Assembly (NCBI GenBank): GCA_003427395.1
Contig: BFEA01000045.1
Coordinates: 3,995,619 to 4,059,618, forward strand
Length of the DNA: 64,000 nucleotides
Source: Chara braunii
Taxonomy: Eukaryota; Plantae; Charophyceae
Reading direction: 5' to 3'
Shown: positions 37,201 to 51,000 of the stretch, piece after piece
Layout: every line of letters starts with the position of its first letter
Position numbering within the stretch: the first letter of the stretch is position 1
Position numbers and translations under genes: made by a program
The notes under the pieces: generated by a model
Seen by the model: the letters and a program-made list of their open reading frames with translations, nothing else
What the model was told of the DNA's origin: nothing
Databases searched by the model: none

Positions 37201-38559
37201 AAAGGGTTATGGCATACTTCTCTCCTATTGTGAAACATGTCACTCAGCCCTTCACAAACACCTCTGCAGATTCCAGTGCCTCTCTTCTACCTCGCGGGTC
37301 AGTTTTAATTGCCTAAATACACCCTTTCGAAAACCCCACTACGACGATCTACCATAGTCACCAACCTCCTCCCGGATGTCCTACTATGGAGTAAGGTACC
37401 TACTCCTACTGTGTATACTTTTTTGCAGGTTGCAGGGCCCTATGTTAAACCGACTCATCTATCAACCTACGACCAACCAATAAGTAATGACATGCCCCCA
37501 TTCAAGCCTCACCTCGGCAGCCGTGACCATTGTACAAGAGTTATATTCCCCACTCATCTTCACGGACAATCATGTACATCAAAATAATCTACGACAGAAA
37601 GGAAGGTGTGGATATATGATGAGCGTAACAAAAAGCATCTTCAGCCGGGATCGGACCTAAGAGTGGCCTCATAAGTGCTAAGGGGATGCTCACAGAATGA
37701 CTTCATTAGATGTATCTGACTAGAAGGGGCGGGGGCAAGGGTCCGAGATTCCTTTATCGGGGGTTTGGGGGTTAAACCACAACCCCGTCTCATCCTCACG
37801 GAGATCCCCGCATGACAACCCTGACAATGACCACGGCTGCACAATCCGGCAACCGAACCCATTCGCATCTGATAGCCTAGATAAAATTTAGGAAATTAAG
37901 GACAAATATAACGATAAAAATGATGAAATCAAGGACAAAATACATCATATCAATATTTGGATCACAAAACATTTGCACAGTGCACGGAAAAGAACAACAA
38001 AGTTGCAGTTATTACCTGTGCCAAGATAGCACCATAAGGCAATGCATAGTCCATATGAAGGATAAGATGTTGCCAATGTTTATCAAGAAACAAGGATGGT
38101 CTCCAACGAAAGTATGCCTCCTCGAATCTATGTCAATTCAAACAATATCTTTGTGTTTGTTTGTGTTGTTGAATGTTTTCTTTCAAATCTATTAGACCCA
38201 AAAAACTTGTCATCTCTTCTCACTTATTATGGACGTCAATTGTTGCTGCGAATCCTAAATGAAGTCGATATCTGTATAACAAGAACAAAGACTATACACA
38301 TAAAATACTTCATTATGAAGTTAAAAAACTACTATCTATTTAAAATCATATATGAAAAAACTTTAATAATTATTTTTTTTAATTATAAAATGATGGAACT
38401 AAAACAAATTTAAATTGAAAACAATTAGTAAACGCGGATCATACAGATAACTTACAGACAAAACGCTATGATCATATACTTTGTGAACTTAATTATTAAT
38501 CATGAAACCCGTACCTGATGAGAATACACTGATGTTGAAATGAACGAATGTATTTTTTT

Positions 38560-39190
38560 CACTGTTGGTCCCTGATCAGACTGGGGCGCTCGCCTCGAGC
38601 CGGAACCGTCGAGGTTGGACAGGCTGGTCGACCGGCTCGGCTGCCCTCTGGTTGGCCCCAACGCATTACCGCTGGGCGGGGGGGAGGGCGGGGGTCCAAA
38701 CCATTCACATGAACTCCTGTAAAGAAAAAAATGATACCCGTCCGGTAGGCCTGCCCAAATCGTTTCAAAAGGGCGACCGATTTGGACTACCGATTTTGAG
38801 AGATCACCAGCCCTGATCAGTTGCCCTTTTGAAACGATTTGGGAAGGATCTGGAGGCCGCCTCTCCCTGCACCATGTGCCATTCATTGCCTCCTGCTGCC
38901 CCCCATGATATCATTACGTCTCACCAAACTCCACTTCCACGTTCGCACCTTCGGCCTCCGCGTTGCTGCCATTGCATCTGCCCGCTCGATTTCGAGACAG
39001 CAACCCACTTGTCCGTGCATCATCAACAGCAGCCCGCCCATCTGAGGGTCATCGCCAACGACCAGCACCCGCTCGCCTGTGGTGAGAAATATATATATTT
39101 TTTGACCAGTTTTGAACCCAACCGGACTTTCGGTTCGAGGCCCCCGATCGATCCGGGTCGGTCCAATCGGTCGGTTGCTACCCACCACTG
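38560..39190. mobile_element. GC-rich MITE-like insertion within a KDZ exon
   Basis: Abrupt GC-rich block in AT-rich coding-like sequence. Imperfect ends CACTGTTGG / CCACCACTG, flanked by T runs. Confidence 0.45.
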
Positions 39191-42121
39191 CTTTTTTCCC
39201 CCATATAAAAGAGATTCAGAGAGCGGGAAAAACATAGCTTATAAAATTTCATGAAAAAATGAGAGTACTAGTACATGAATCTTACAGTAGTTCATCATGT
39301 TGACGAAGCAATGTTATATTGATAACAGTCTTCGAGTTCACTTGAAACCATGTTGAGTTTTCATCTAATGTTTCATAAAATCATCGCTCACCATTGGGTA
39401 GAGTGTAATAAGTATAAGAATAGTCAATTGAACAAAGGTGTATTTTGTTTTATAAATTGTGCCCCTTCCATGAATGCTCTGCATTGGATAAAAGAATGAG
39501 AACAACCCTTCTTTATTTAACACAAGCGATGTTTTGCAGTGAGCACACGATTCGATGCTTGATAGTAGAACATATTGGCAATGATCAAGATGCATGATCA
39601 ACACCAATGACTGAATTTATAAAAAATAAATTGACTGTGAAATCTCAATTTCTCAAGCACAACTCGAATTGTGTGTTGCGCATTTTTTTTCTTCTTCTAT
39701 GAGAGGCACCGTGAGTTTATAATATAAGTTATATGTGCATATAGATTACACATTTTGGCTGGCAGAGAATTCCGTATCTGAATGAGTTGGATGAAATCGG
39801 GAAGAATCATTGGTCTGATGAGATCATCCATTGTCTAGATTGTTCTCAAAGTTTGTAAGACGTTGTCTGATCTGCGGTGAACAACCTGCAACACATTAAG
39901 GGAGATAAAAAAAAACATAGACAAGAAAAACTTTGAATTAAAGATTTTGAATTAAAACAAATATGTAAAGCGGGTATACAGTCTTTAATATACCACCCCC
40001 TTACAGGTAGGTGGGCCTGACTCAAATGCTCCACCTGGACTATTACAGGGATTGGCAACGAACATTCAAACTCATCAAGGAAGATACTTGCAAGAAACAT
40101 AGACTTCTTCAAAAACTTTTGAAAAAAAAACTCAGGAATGACAAATTGAGAATTCTCACTAACGATTCCCCTGCTCTAGTAGAAACATCAAGTGAGGCCA
40201 AATCTGAGGCCTACAATATCAACAACCATGGATTCACGGTTAAGTCTTTCTAAGATTTTGGGTGTTCCCTTACACCCGGGCTAACATGTACATAGGATTT
40301 AGGTTTTTGGTTTAGAGGCGACTCTTTTGCAGATTATTGTACGCGAAAAATCCTGTAAGGTTAAAGAAGATTATTGTTTGGATACTTCAAAAACCATAAA
40401 GGTGATAAGCAGACGAGTTCATTTCATGGATTAGTCTTTGGAGGTTTCTTATTTACAAAGAATCTTGTGTTCTGCAAGTACTCACTGTGACAAATTAATC
40501 TTCAGATAGTTCACGTACCATAAAGGCCCATAAACTTAGAGGATGGCGTTTTTAACAAAGACTAAGCAAAGTTGGGTAAGGTTCCAAGTAGGCTCTCATT
40601 CCATTTGCTATCCAAGAGATGCTTGGCCCAATTTCCAATAGGTATTGCTTACCGCCTATAAATTGGAGCCATCGAAAAACATGTTTGAACCCTATTGGTT
40701 CCCTTGACACTGCAGTATCGAAGGTCTTCACAAGATAATAATTTGACGATTCAAAAAAAAAAAAAAATCATTGAAGGAATCAAAAGAACCTTAGGGAAGA
40801 AAGATAGGGAGCTGGACAACATGAAAAACAAAGATAATAATTCAGAAAAACTTTGAGGAGTCATGGTAAAAAAATGACTTTATGGAATCTTGCTCGTTCA
40901 AACAGAGAGAATGAAGGGAGAATACTAATGGACATAAACAGATAACAATGACAAAAGGAACCTACGAATTGTTGGTTGCACTCTAGACCTATAGTTCAAA
41001 GGAGAGGGGTTCGAATCAGACCACACAAAAAGAGAAACAGTAGATAGATCCAGAAAAACAGACAAGACTGTTTGTTACTGAAAGCAGTGAGGATACAAGA
41101 TCATGTTAGTAAGCACATTAGAAGACTTTTGAGTCGTAGGAGCAAGTATCAGTGATGGATCTGCAAAGATTAGTGAGGATAAGACGACATAAAACCTGGC
41201 TATGAATTTTGCGGACTTCTCTGCTCACACCTCTCTACCCCGCCCACCACCACTCCCTATATCCTTAGCCTATGCGTACGTCTCACCAAGAAGAGATTGC
41301 CCTTTCCAACTCTAACCTCGTAATGAATCCACATCCATGATTAGTGCAACTTGAAAGATATCGGAGCACTTGTAATATAGCTCTTGAGATCTATTCCAAC
41401 TCCCGTGAAATAACCCCCTCCGTGTAACACACCATTTTTGTGCTTGATGTGATTTTACTTCTGAATTACGAGTGCTCATGCTGATGGTTCACACGAGTGG
41501 ATTGGTCCGAGGCCGAGAAGACAACTATTCCATTGGTCAACACCTACTCATCAAGTGTCAGTTTGCACTACAGTGACCACAAAAAAAATAAAAAAAATAA
41601 AAAAGAAAGGACAACAAATTTTCTTTTTAAAATTTGTAACTTTCGATAACCGCACCAACATAGAAAATCCATAGGTGACCTGACCTTTGAACACAGTAGT
41701 CAAACTACACAGAAAGAGAGAGGGGAGATATGTAGATAAAAAAAGGAGAGCAAAGGATATGGGGACAACAAAATTCGTTAATAACACTGGAGTGAAGTAT
41801 GATTGGGCCACACCAGTAGTCTCGCTGAGAGAAGCAAAAGCCACAAATGGAAAACGGGTGGACTATATCATAACACCGAGGAGGCGTTGTGAGACAAAGA
41901 TCGGTGGAAGACAATTCCTTATTTTAAAACATGATAGTATGGACATAACGATATGTTAATTCCTTATTTTAAAACATGATAGTATGGACAAAAGACATGG
42001 AAAGCAGATGCGTAGAGGTCGTAGGGTATGGTTATACTAGGGTTTAGGGTCTTAGCAAAGTCTTTCTCAAGCATACCGAGTATGTACTCAACTGGTTGTC
42101 AATGCAATAGCAAAAATCAAT

Positions 42122-42545
42122 AGAGAGAAGGTTAACAACAATCGTATTTTTCATCACCACTTAAGGACACCCTTCACCACTTCAGGATGAAGCCTGCCTA
42201 AACAGGTGGTTTTCAGGGTCTTTGGACCTCTCACCACTTCAGAACCATTCATGTCTGAAAATTCTTAATGGTCCTGAAGTGGTGAAAGCTCTGAAGACCC
42301 TGAAAACCACTTGTTTAGGCAGGCTGCATCCTCAAGAGGTGAAGGGTGGTTTTCATGGTCTTCGGACCTTTCACAACTTCAGGACCATTCAGGATTTTCA
42401 GACTGCCCAAAACTCTCACTTGACCACTTAAGGACACCCTTCACCACTTCAGGATGCGGCATGCCTAAACAAGTGGTTTTCAGGGTGTTCGGACCTTTCA
42501 CCACTTCATAATCATTCATCATTTTCAGGTTGCCCAAAACTTTCA
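42122..42545. repeat. TTCACCACTTCAG-based direct/inverted repeat element
   Basis: ~270-bp direct duplication (42157 vs 42424) plus an internal inversion. Its start AGAGAGAAGGTTAACAACA resembles the start of the 1325 insertion. Confidence 0.6.
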
Positions 42546-42699
42546 CTTCAGAATTTTCATTCCTAACCGCTTGTGAATCAAGACTATCAGAGTTTGTCGG
42601 ACCGTGATGTTGTAGAAACTTCACTCAGGACCCCACAAGACAGTAGCGAAAAAAAAAAAAAAAAAAAAAAAAACACAATTGGTCAACACTGATAATTAT

Positions 42700-43071
42700 A
42701 TTATTTTGTTTGAGTACATAGTGTATTTTGAATTTTGATGCTTATAATGTTTTTGCTTGATGCCTTTTGCCTCTTTTGTGTGTTGTCAGTCAGCTTTGGT
42801 GTTTGTTTTTCTAGATGGCAAATTGAAGTATCAATTTAATTTCACAAAAGTGTTTGAGATCCAATAAGATTTTTCCTTATCAAGTACTAATAAGGAAAAA
42901 TCTTATTGGATCTCAAACATTTTTTTAAAAGTTAATTGGTACTTCAATTAACCATCTAGAAAAACAAACACCAAAGTTGACTGGCAACACACAAGAGAGG
43001 CAAAAGACATCAAGCAGAAAAACTTATAAGCATCAAAATTCAAAATACACTATGTACTCAAACAAAATAAT
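42700..43071. repeat. ~370-bp near-perfect palindrome (fold-back element)
   Basis: Arms ATTATTTTGTTTGAGTACATAGTG... / ...CACTATGTACTCAAACAAAATAAT, centred on AGTACT at ~42885. Confidence 0.9.
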
Positions 43072-43699
43072 CTAATTGGATCCAATTGGATGTCCACTTA
43101 TCTGAGCAGTTGTCATACACCATTTGCAACCTACTCCCACTCCCTTGCGATGCCCCCCCTCCATCAGTTTAAAAAAATACCAATAAGCATAAAGGACATG
43201 AAAGGAGTCATTAAGACAACAAATAGAGGTGGAGGGAAGGAGCAGAAAGATAGAGAAGTGGTGACAAATAGCAAGGTACACAGACATGTAGAAAATTTTC
43301 AGGATAGACATACAAGTAGGAAATCAGCGATATAGAGAGACAAGAAAAGCATATGATGAGTCCAAATTTTACTTCATTAAAACACTATAAGAAATTATTA
43401 ATTAAAAAAAAAATCACCGCCTCATTAGGTTGTTGCATATGACTAGGAGGATTGACAAGGATCATAACACGTTAGAAAGTACGACAAGGAGATATTCGGT
43501 AGAAGTTCTTACCACTACGTTGTGATTCCTTTTGGATTTTGTTTTTGTACTTAGAGCAAACTGAAACATCACTATACAAACAAGACAGTTAACAATCTGC
43601 AATAAATTTCTTAGTACCCAATCACTGTGATTACGAAAAAAACACTGAGATAGAAGCAATAACGCACACACACACACAAACACACACACACACACACAC

Positions 43700-43733
<34 letters not shown>

Positions 43734-43762
43734 GAAAGCAATATAGAATCATAGCGATATGC

Positions 43763-43813
<51 letters not shown>

Positions 43814-46800
43814 AAGAGCGACAAACAATTAGATAGAGAAAGAAAGAAGGAGGGGGAGAAGGAAAGAGAGAAAGACTAAGAAATACGGAAAACGAACATG
43901 CATCGGCAAAGGAAGGCAAACGAAGACAATGAGAAAAAAACAGAGACCAAGACAATCTTTGGAACATCTTTATCAACCTCAAAAGCTAACTGCTATGTTT
44001 ATGTGCAAATAATCTCAACGTCTAATCATAGTGTCTCAAATGTTGTCAGTGCTTGAGTAAAGTGAAGCAGCCAACGACTTCTTAGTTAGTCTCACCCGAC
44101 CGCCGACGGATTCGTAGTGCTCCAGTATCTCGTCGTTCAACCAATTATGCTGCTCAAGCTACTGCTGAGAATGTAGCGCGTGCTGCTTTTTTCAGAAAAA
44201 AAAAAGAATGATAAAAATAAAAATGGGCATAGCTTAGATTACACACCCACAAACTATTGAAATACAGACCGAAATGTAAATTCAGATACAATCAATTGAA
44301 AAAATATAAATTATACTGAATTACGTGTCGTCGGTTAGTTCAATGTTGATATCTCATGGTTGTTGCCCTTAAAAAAAAAAATAATAATAATAATTTTGAA
44401 AAATTACGAATAAAAGAAATGGTCAAAAAAAAAAAAAAAAAAATCGAACTCATATCTACATCTTTTTGTAGACACTCTATGTTGAACTAAATCACTCTGT
44501 CGTAAAGGTACTGTTGTATTGATACAAATGATGTTGTGTATAATCACTTCCCGTGATTAACATGACACTATTTCCTTCTGGACTACTTTCGTCGTGACTT
44601 ATTTCTAGTTGACTCTGTTAACTCCTTTATCTTTCACGTATGTCGGAGAGCAGTGTTGTTGTCGTTAATACTAGTCATGTCGTCACAATGCAGTTTATAG
44701 AGTCACTTCCTTCATTCCGCTGACGCTTCACTTGTTTTTTCTCAACTGCAGTTCTTTGCGTCTGTTGTGATACGAGTCGTTTTGTAGCCGTTAAACTTGC
44801 ACTTTGTTTCACGTTTGTGGAAATGATCTAATTCGTATGAGATTAAGATTCATCAGACCTTGATCTGAGATCTTCAACATCATTTTCTTCATCTTCATGT
44901 AAGTTGTGGAGTGTTGCATGATCTCCTCGATTTTCCTGAGATAAATTGTTATAAACTGTCCAACATCCTCATTGAGCGCTGCATCATCTCCACGATTTTT
45001 TCGAGTCAAATTGTTTACAGACGGAGCAACATCCTCAATATCCCTTGCTGAGTGGGTGCTGCATCATCTTCCTGACTTTTCTGAGTCAAATTGTTTGTAG
45101 ATTTTTCAACATTCTTAATATCTCTTTGCTCGTTCATGTTTCACTCCCTAAATGTATGTCCTTGAGACGTTTCCATGTGTGGAGTTGCCTTTGTCGTGCC
45201 TACAATACCCTCTTCTTCACTGATGTCATCTTCCATATCATCGAAGATTTCTTTATTTCCTTTTGTCATGTTTTCAATATCTTCTTCTCTGTTGATGTCA
45301 TATTTCTGATCATCAAAGGCATCTTTATTTGCTTTCGTTGTGCCTTCAATATCTTATTTGCTATTGATCTTATCTTTCTGAAGTTGCTGAGAGAGTTCGA
45401 TGTCTGCGTCGTTATCATCGGGTTGTGCCACATTCGTGTAAGCACATAATAATTTTTTACAAGGGTCTGTGCAGGTCTGTTGGAGCAGGAAAAAAAATTG
45501 ACAAAAAACAAAAACAAAACAAACATTAGTCATGGACAATGCAAACGTTCTTAATACATCCACGAAGTTAAAATATTTTTTATTACTTGCAAGAAATGAT
45601 ATGAAGCAATATTACACCAAGTGGAGGAGAAATATGCGCCTTGCAATAAATGATTCAGATCAAAAGTCAGGTCGGAGACAGGCAATGAGAAAATAATTAG
45701 TCAACTTATATTGTATTTAGCAACCTAAGAGTTGAAGATTTCTCCCTAAGTTAACAACAGAGTATCTCTTACAGACAAGTTAACTTGGATTATAAAATCT
45801 CAGCAATTAAAGCGTCAGAGAAGGAGGCAAAATCTACCAATATGTGATACAACGATTTACGGAAAAAAAAAATATGTTATTTTATTATAGAAGATCAACC
45901 TTCCCTCCCCCCTTTCACCTCTCCCCTCTTCTTCCCCTAATCACTTTTACACAAGACATTTAGATTGAAGAATGTCTGCAATTGAAGGGTCAGAGAAGGA
46001 AGTGAAACCTCCCAATATGTGGTAGAAAGATTTGGAGAAAATAGATGTTGCTTTACCACCGAAGCCCCAACTTCCCCCATAAATCTCTCCTCTCCCCTCC
46101 ATCCTTTCCCTCGCTTACCCCATGAGCACATCTCTTGAACTGCAGTTAAGAGTGCCTGCCTAGCTTGGAATATCCGATAGGAATGATTTTGTGAGCAATG
46201 ATACTCTTTTTTCATACTTTTTTGTTATTCTTACTATATTATCTCAGAATCCTCTTAGAGATTGATTCTGTAGGAATGATTCTGCAGTTAAGAGTACCTA
46301 CCAATTTTAGAGCAAACATGTTGAAGTCTGCAGAAGGTGGTGATGTTTTTTTTTCATGCCTTTTGGTTATTCTTACGATATTCTCACAAAATATTTTTTC
46401 CCATAAGATAAATACTCAAGAGCAGAACATCGTAGCTAGGTGTCACAAGTTAAACACATGTTATTATTAGTTTTTCACTCTCTTAGACCAAGTATTAGCT
46501 TATCCAGTTTGTTTGCTGTACTATATGTAATCGATGGTGAACCCGGTTTCCACTAGGAGCAACTCTTCACCAATAGATCAGAGCAATCAACCCTTGTTTT
46601 GAGGGGGGGGGGGGAATCGATTTACTGAAACAAGTTATTCAGCACGCTAACCGTTGTGGGTAAACACATCCGTGACTCTCTGCATCTCTGTGTCTGCACG
46701 GGAAAAAAACACCGATTGTCCATGGGTGTATCTCAACACAGGAAAAGTTCACCTCTTGATTTTCACAGCATGAGGTATCTTTTGCACAAGCGGGTGTGCC

Positions 46801-48089
46801 TCTATCTCCCGACTTTATGTCATGGTGCCTCCCTCTATGTGGGTTGACCCGTATTCCACTATGAGAAGATCACACTATATGGAACGCCCAACACTACGTG
46901 GAATCGGGGTTTGGAAGCACCACATGGGACATATCATACTATGTGGATAGGGAAGCATTGAGTGGGAGAGCAGTACGTGGGTTGAGTGACACTATGTGGG
47001 ATGGGTCATAGTACCATCATACCTTGTGGGTCGGGTGGTAGTACATGGGTCGAGCGACATTATCTGTTGTAGGGTGGGTCGCAGCATGCAGAACAGATGA
47101 CACTATGTCGGCTAGAGGGTATAGTGTGGGTCCGATGGGCAACATTACACGAAGCGGGTTGTTCAAACGCCCAACACTTAAAAAGAAAAAAAACTCAAGT
47201 CCATGTGGCTGAGCTTGTAGAAACATAGGTGTAGGTTAGATGGCCAACACTACATAGAGTGGGGTGTCCACACACCCGGCCCATCGGGGGAAAAAAAAAA
47301 AAAAAACATGTCCATATCTCAGTGTTTCATATTGCAATTCGGGTATTAAATTTTGGACTTTGTTTGTTGTACTATGAATGATGGACGCCGAAGCCGGTTG
47401 CCTGCAGGTGCAACTCTGCACCAATAGATCAGAGTCATCGATTCTTGTTAAAAAAAAAAATTAAAAAGAAATTAAAAACGGGTTTTTAAATTTAATAATA
47501 AAAAAACTAGGCTACTTCAGTCACCCGATCCTGGACCATGGTCGTGCACCCTAGGCAAGTTGCTCGGGTGTCACCTGCACGGGGGACCCTGTACTGGCAC
47601 AAATCAAGGTCTTTCTTTGTTTTCATTGGGGGGCCTCCGCATCCACCGCGCTGTCTGAATCCGGGGTTATTTCCAGTTACAAAATGGTTTCATCTAAAAC
47701 ACACTCAAACAAACTCTGGGTAGACTAAGAATAGACTCAAAACGAACTCAAACACACTTAAACAGACTCAAAACATGTTGTATTTTAGTTCACAAAAGCG
47801 TCAGACAGAGTCAAATTGACATGTATACTGAAACAAATCCAAAAGAGACTCGAACAAACTCATATGGACCCAAACAATGATCAAACACATTGAACAATCC
47901 CAACGAAGGCTCGAACGTATTCAAAACTAGCTCAAAATGGAATGTGACATACTCAAATAGATCTGCACACTCGAAACAAACCAAAAACGGTGTCAAACAG
48001 ACTCAAAATAAAACCTTAGATAAACATATGGACTCAAGCAGGCTGAAAATACACTCGAGCAGACTCGGGTGTGAAAACAGTATTATTGA

Positions 48090-51000
48090 TAATGCAATTT
48101 TAAAAGTAAAGCATCGTCATCACTTCTCAAACAATCTTCTTGAACGATAAAAATATGGGAAAATCCTTTTTGGAATCCATCAGAACTGCGAGCTGTGCCC
48201 AGTGGACCAGGTTGGTATGTGCCCAAATGAGCAAAATCCGCTCGGCATCCTGCTTGCAGCATTTGCATCCCCGGACAACCAAGCGACTTTCTGGACATAT
48301 TTGATTGGCCAAACAACATATAAAAAAGCTCAAGACGATTCCAACAAATCGAAGTGCATGAGAAGATACATATTACGTACATGCTTGCTGCCTCAACTCT
48401 ATTCCAATCCACGTAACTTAAGTTGAGGATGCCCTGCAATATATTAATGAAACATGTAACTTCATTTGGCGTCGGGAGTATCTTCTCAAAGACCACTCCA
48501 TTCTTCTTCTTCATATCGTATTGCGAATGTTGTTCCAAAAAAACTGTTGAAACAAACAGTGTTAGTTTAATAAATCTACCACATCGTATATAAAAAGATA
48601 TACGTTGGACACATTGACATCCATTGAAAAAAACGAAAATGTTTCCCATTTATGTAGATTTTGTAAGTATTGCATATGTCGTGCCTCTATTCAAGCATCC
48701 ACATGATGATGACAAAATCGCAAACTGAGAAAACTGTTGTTTTCAAGTGCTCCCAATTAGAGGAACCACCCGACTCATATAGCGATGAGCGGGAGAAGAA
48801 GAAGGCAGATGACAAAGAAAAAAAACAAGAAGAAGAGTAAAGTAAATAACTTATGTTGGTTATCTTTGTCTTTTTGGTTGAAACCGCGTTGGGAAACTCA
48901 CAAAGGGTGGTGATACTTAAGAGGAAGACTCTAGGGCTGGTATAGCATAAAGGACATAGTGTGAGCATTGTTTTCTGGACATTGTAGTGGTGTCTGATGG
49001 ATTGTTGTAGCCACTGGTTGGAGAATGTGTGAAGAGGGAGGTGTAGGTTGACTATTACAGACCACTTGGGTGACCGACAGTTATAAGGAGATCTGAACGT
49101 TGGTTTTGGTCCACTCTTTCATTGTTATTGTTATTATTATTGTTAAAAAGATATTGAGAGAATTGATGAAGGTTGAGGATGGTGAAAAGAAGAAGGGGGA
49201 TGAACATTGCTCCTTGCTGGTAATTATATATATATATTCTTTTCCTTTCTTATTTATTCTCTCTCCTTTATCCATTTCTTTTTCCAACATCTTTCATTTG
49301 AGTTGCAATCGAATAAATTTACTACTATGTCTAAATCATGAAGTAATGTGGAACTTTATATTGAGAAGTGCAGGGCATGAATAGAGAAGAGCACCTTCAT
49401 AGGTATAAAAAAACAAAAGTAGAATGATCATTATATCACTTTCTCGCTCAGAACACCTAACCGATTTCTTACACTTACTTATTTTTTCATGATTCTCACG
49501 ATAGATACCCAAACCGAGACTTTTCATTCCTCGGAACCTGCCATCAATTTTTTGCCTGAAGTCAAACTTCTTGTTTATCACTGGTGCTAATGGTAATTTG
49601 AGCAAGTTTGTGGTCTTCTTCAACATCCTGAAGCATTTTTCGTTGATTTTTTCCTGTGCAATTATGAAAACAACGATCGTTAGATGTAGATTAGAGAAAG
49701 GAACTAGAAAACAAAATGAAGAAGAAAGAAAATTATTAATGGATCTTTTTAAACAACAATTCTTTGGTAAAATAAAATTGTTGGACCTGGGTTACCATAT
49801 GTCCAATCATCAAGAACTTGGGCCAAACAAGTGGGGGGTTGATTTCTCGCTGAGGCATCTGCAACATTTGCATATATAAAATATTCAGAAAAAAAAAGCG
49901 GTGAGGGGGTTCGAAGAGCAGCAGCCGTAAAAGTTGCAGAGGGTAAAAAATGAAAGAAACAAATGTTGAAAGAGTCAGAGGGTTGCAAAAGTTGCAGCAA
50001 CTGCGAGGAAGAAAAAAAATTGAAATAAAGGTTGCAAGGTTATTGAAGTTTCAACATTGTACTTCGTAATTGTATTTTTGAGTATCATTGGTTATCAAAT
50101 ACATCTGAGGCTCTTGATGAATAGCAATAAAATTTACCTGTTTAAGTCACATTATGAATTTAGTAAAACATATATCAAATTTTAATACAAGGATTAAAAT
50201 AGTGATGTGGTTATTCTCGAAAACCTTACGTATATCATTGAAATTTTTTGCAGCACCATTTTGATTTGTAAAATTTGGGCGTTTATGATCACTCTCGTTG
50301 TCATTATGATCATAACCATACTCATCAAAATTCTCGAACACTTTCATTAACGTTTGGTCATTGATGAATACGGGTGGTTGACTGCAAGAAATTTCAAAAA
50401 AATTGACCTCGAAATCGACGTGCTCTGATGCAATTGGAGAATCTGTATCATCTTCCAATGGAACAAAATCGTCTTCCATTGATTCCAGAGAGTATGTGAC
50501 GACATGTAGTATCGATGATACAATGATGGTTTTCCCTTTCTGGTTCCCGTAAAAACCTGTAAAAACATGTTCACAAAAAAAGAAATACGAAAAAATGAAA
50601 AGTTCAGTGATTGTAGAACTGATTTAGTTGACTGTAAAACTAAAAGGATGTACAAACTAATTTCAAAGATTTACCTGTTGAATAAGAATGTTGTTTAGAC
50701 ATTTAACGAGTAGTGATTGATCTAGGCAGTTCATGAGCTAGTGTTGGTGAGGAGAAAAAGGGTATCAAGTATGCAATGTTCAACTTTGATCACCAATTAC
50801 AAGTTAGTGAATCATTAAATAAGGACAGAAGGAAGGAACGAAGGAACACACAAAACAACGCTTGTTCCATTAGTAATGAATAACTTGACTCGAGATACAA
50901 TACATAGCTTGTTGAGCTGCACCAAAGTAGACGGGATAAGGGAAGAGGTCACATAACTGTGACAATAATCACGATAGACCACAAAGCAATATGAAGGTAC

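Larger units (their letters stand above)
33300..39600 (-). pseudogene. Multi-exon CxC5/KDZ (Kyakuja-Dileera-Zisupton)-like transposase with internal chromodomain
   Basis: Exons: ~39580-39440 (LLSSIESCAHCKTSL..GTIY); 38271-38015 (RFEEAYF); ~35843-35493 (GCPETP..WCKNH, EYIIESR); 35292-34967 (VFYLVK*KKQPYEKSIW, RT..SC..MEMVPTESCTK); 33838-33709; 33653-~33300 (YDDMCHL, H..WCKRN). Several junctions are phase-consistent GT-AG. Confidence 0.7.
41500..45480 (-). pseudogene. Probable Ulp1/SENP (C48) peptidase-like remnant preceded by acidic exons
   Basis: LEQHNWLNDEILEHY at ~44157-44113. Following exon ends RVMILVN. DSL at ~42585. Degenerate VQTDT..VGV at ~41570. Acidic frames at 44800-45440. Catalytic His and Cys not clearly retained. 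Confidence 0.45.

Noticed and set aside
40970-41025. tRNA gene (GGTTCGAATC B-box); similar fragment at ~57790-57825 on the minus strand
   Set aside because: No complete cloverleaf; at most a degenerate SINE or tRNA-derived fragment.
42036-42056. Telomere-like TTTAGGG units (also ~63085-63110)
   Set aside because: Only 2-3 imperfect units; not distinguishable from chance or telo-boxes.
48127-48333. ILLIWAHTNLVHW..D as a second Ulp1 catalytic segment
   Set aside because: No WLND or Q.D..CG motifs nearby; insufficient support.
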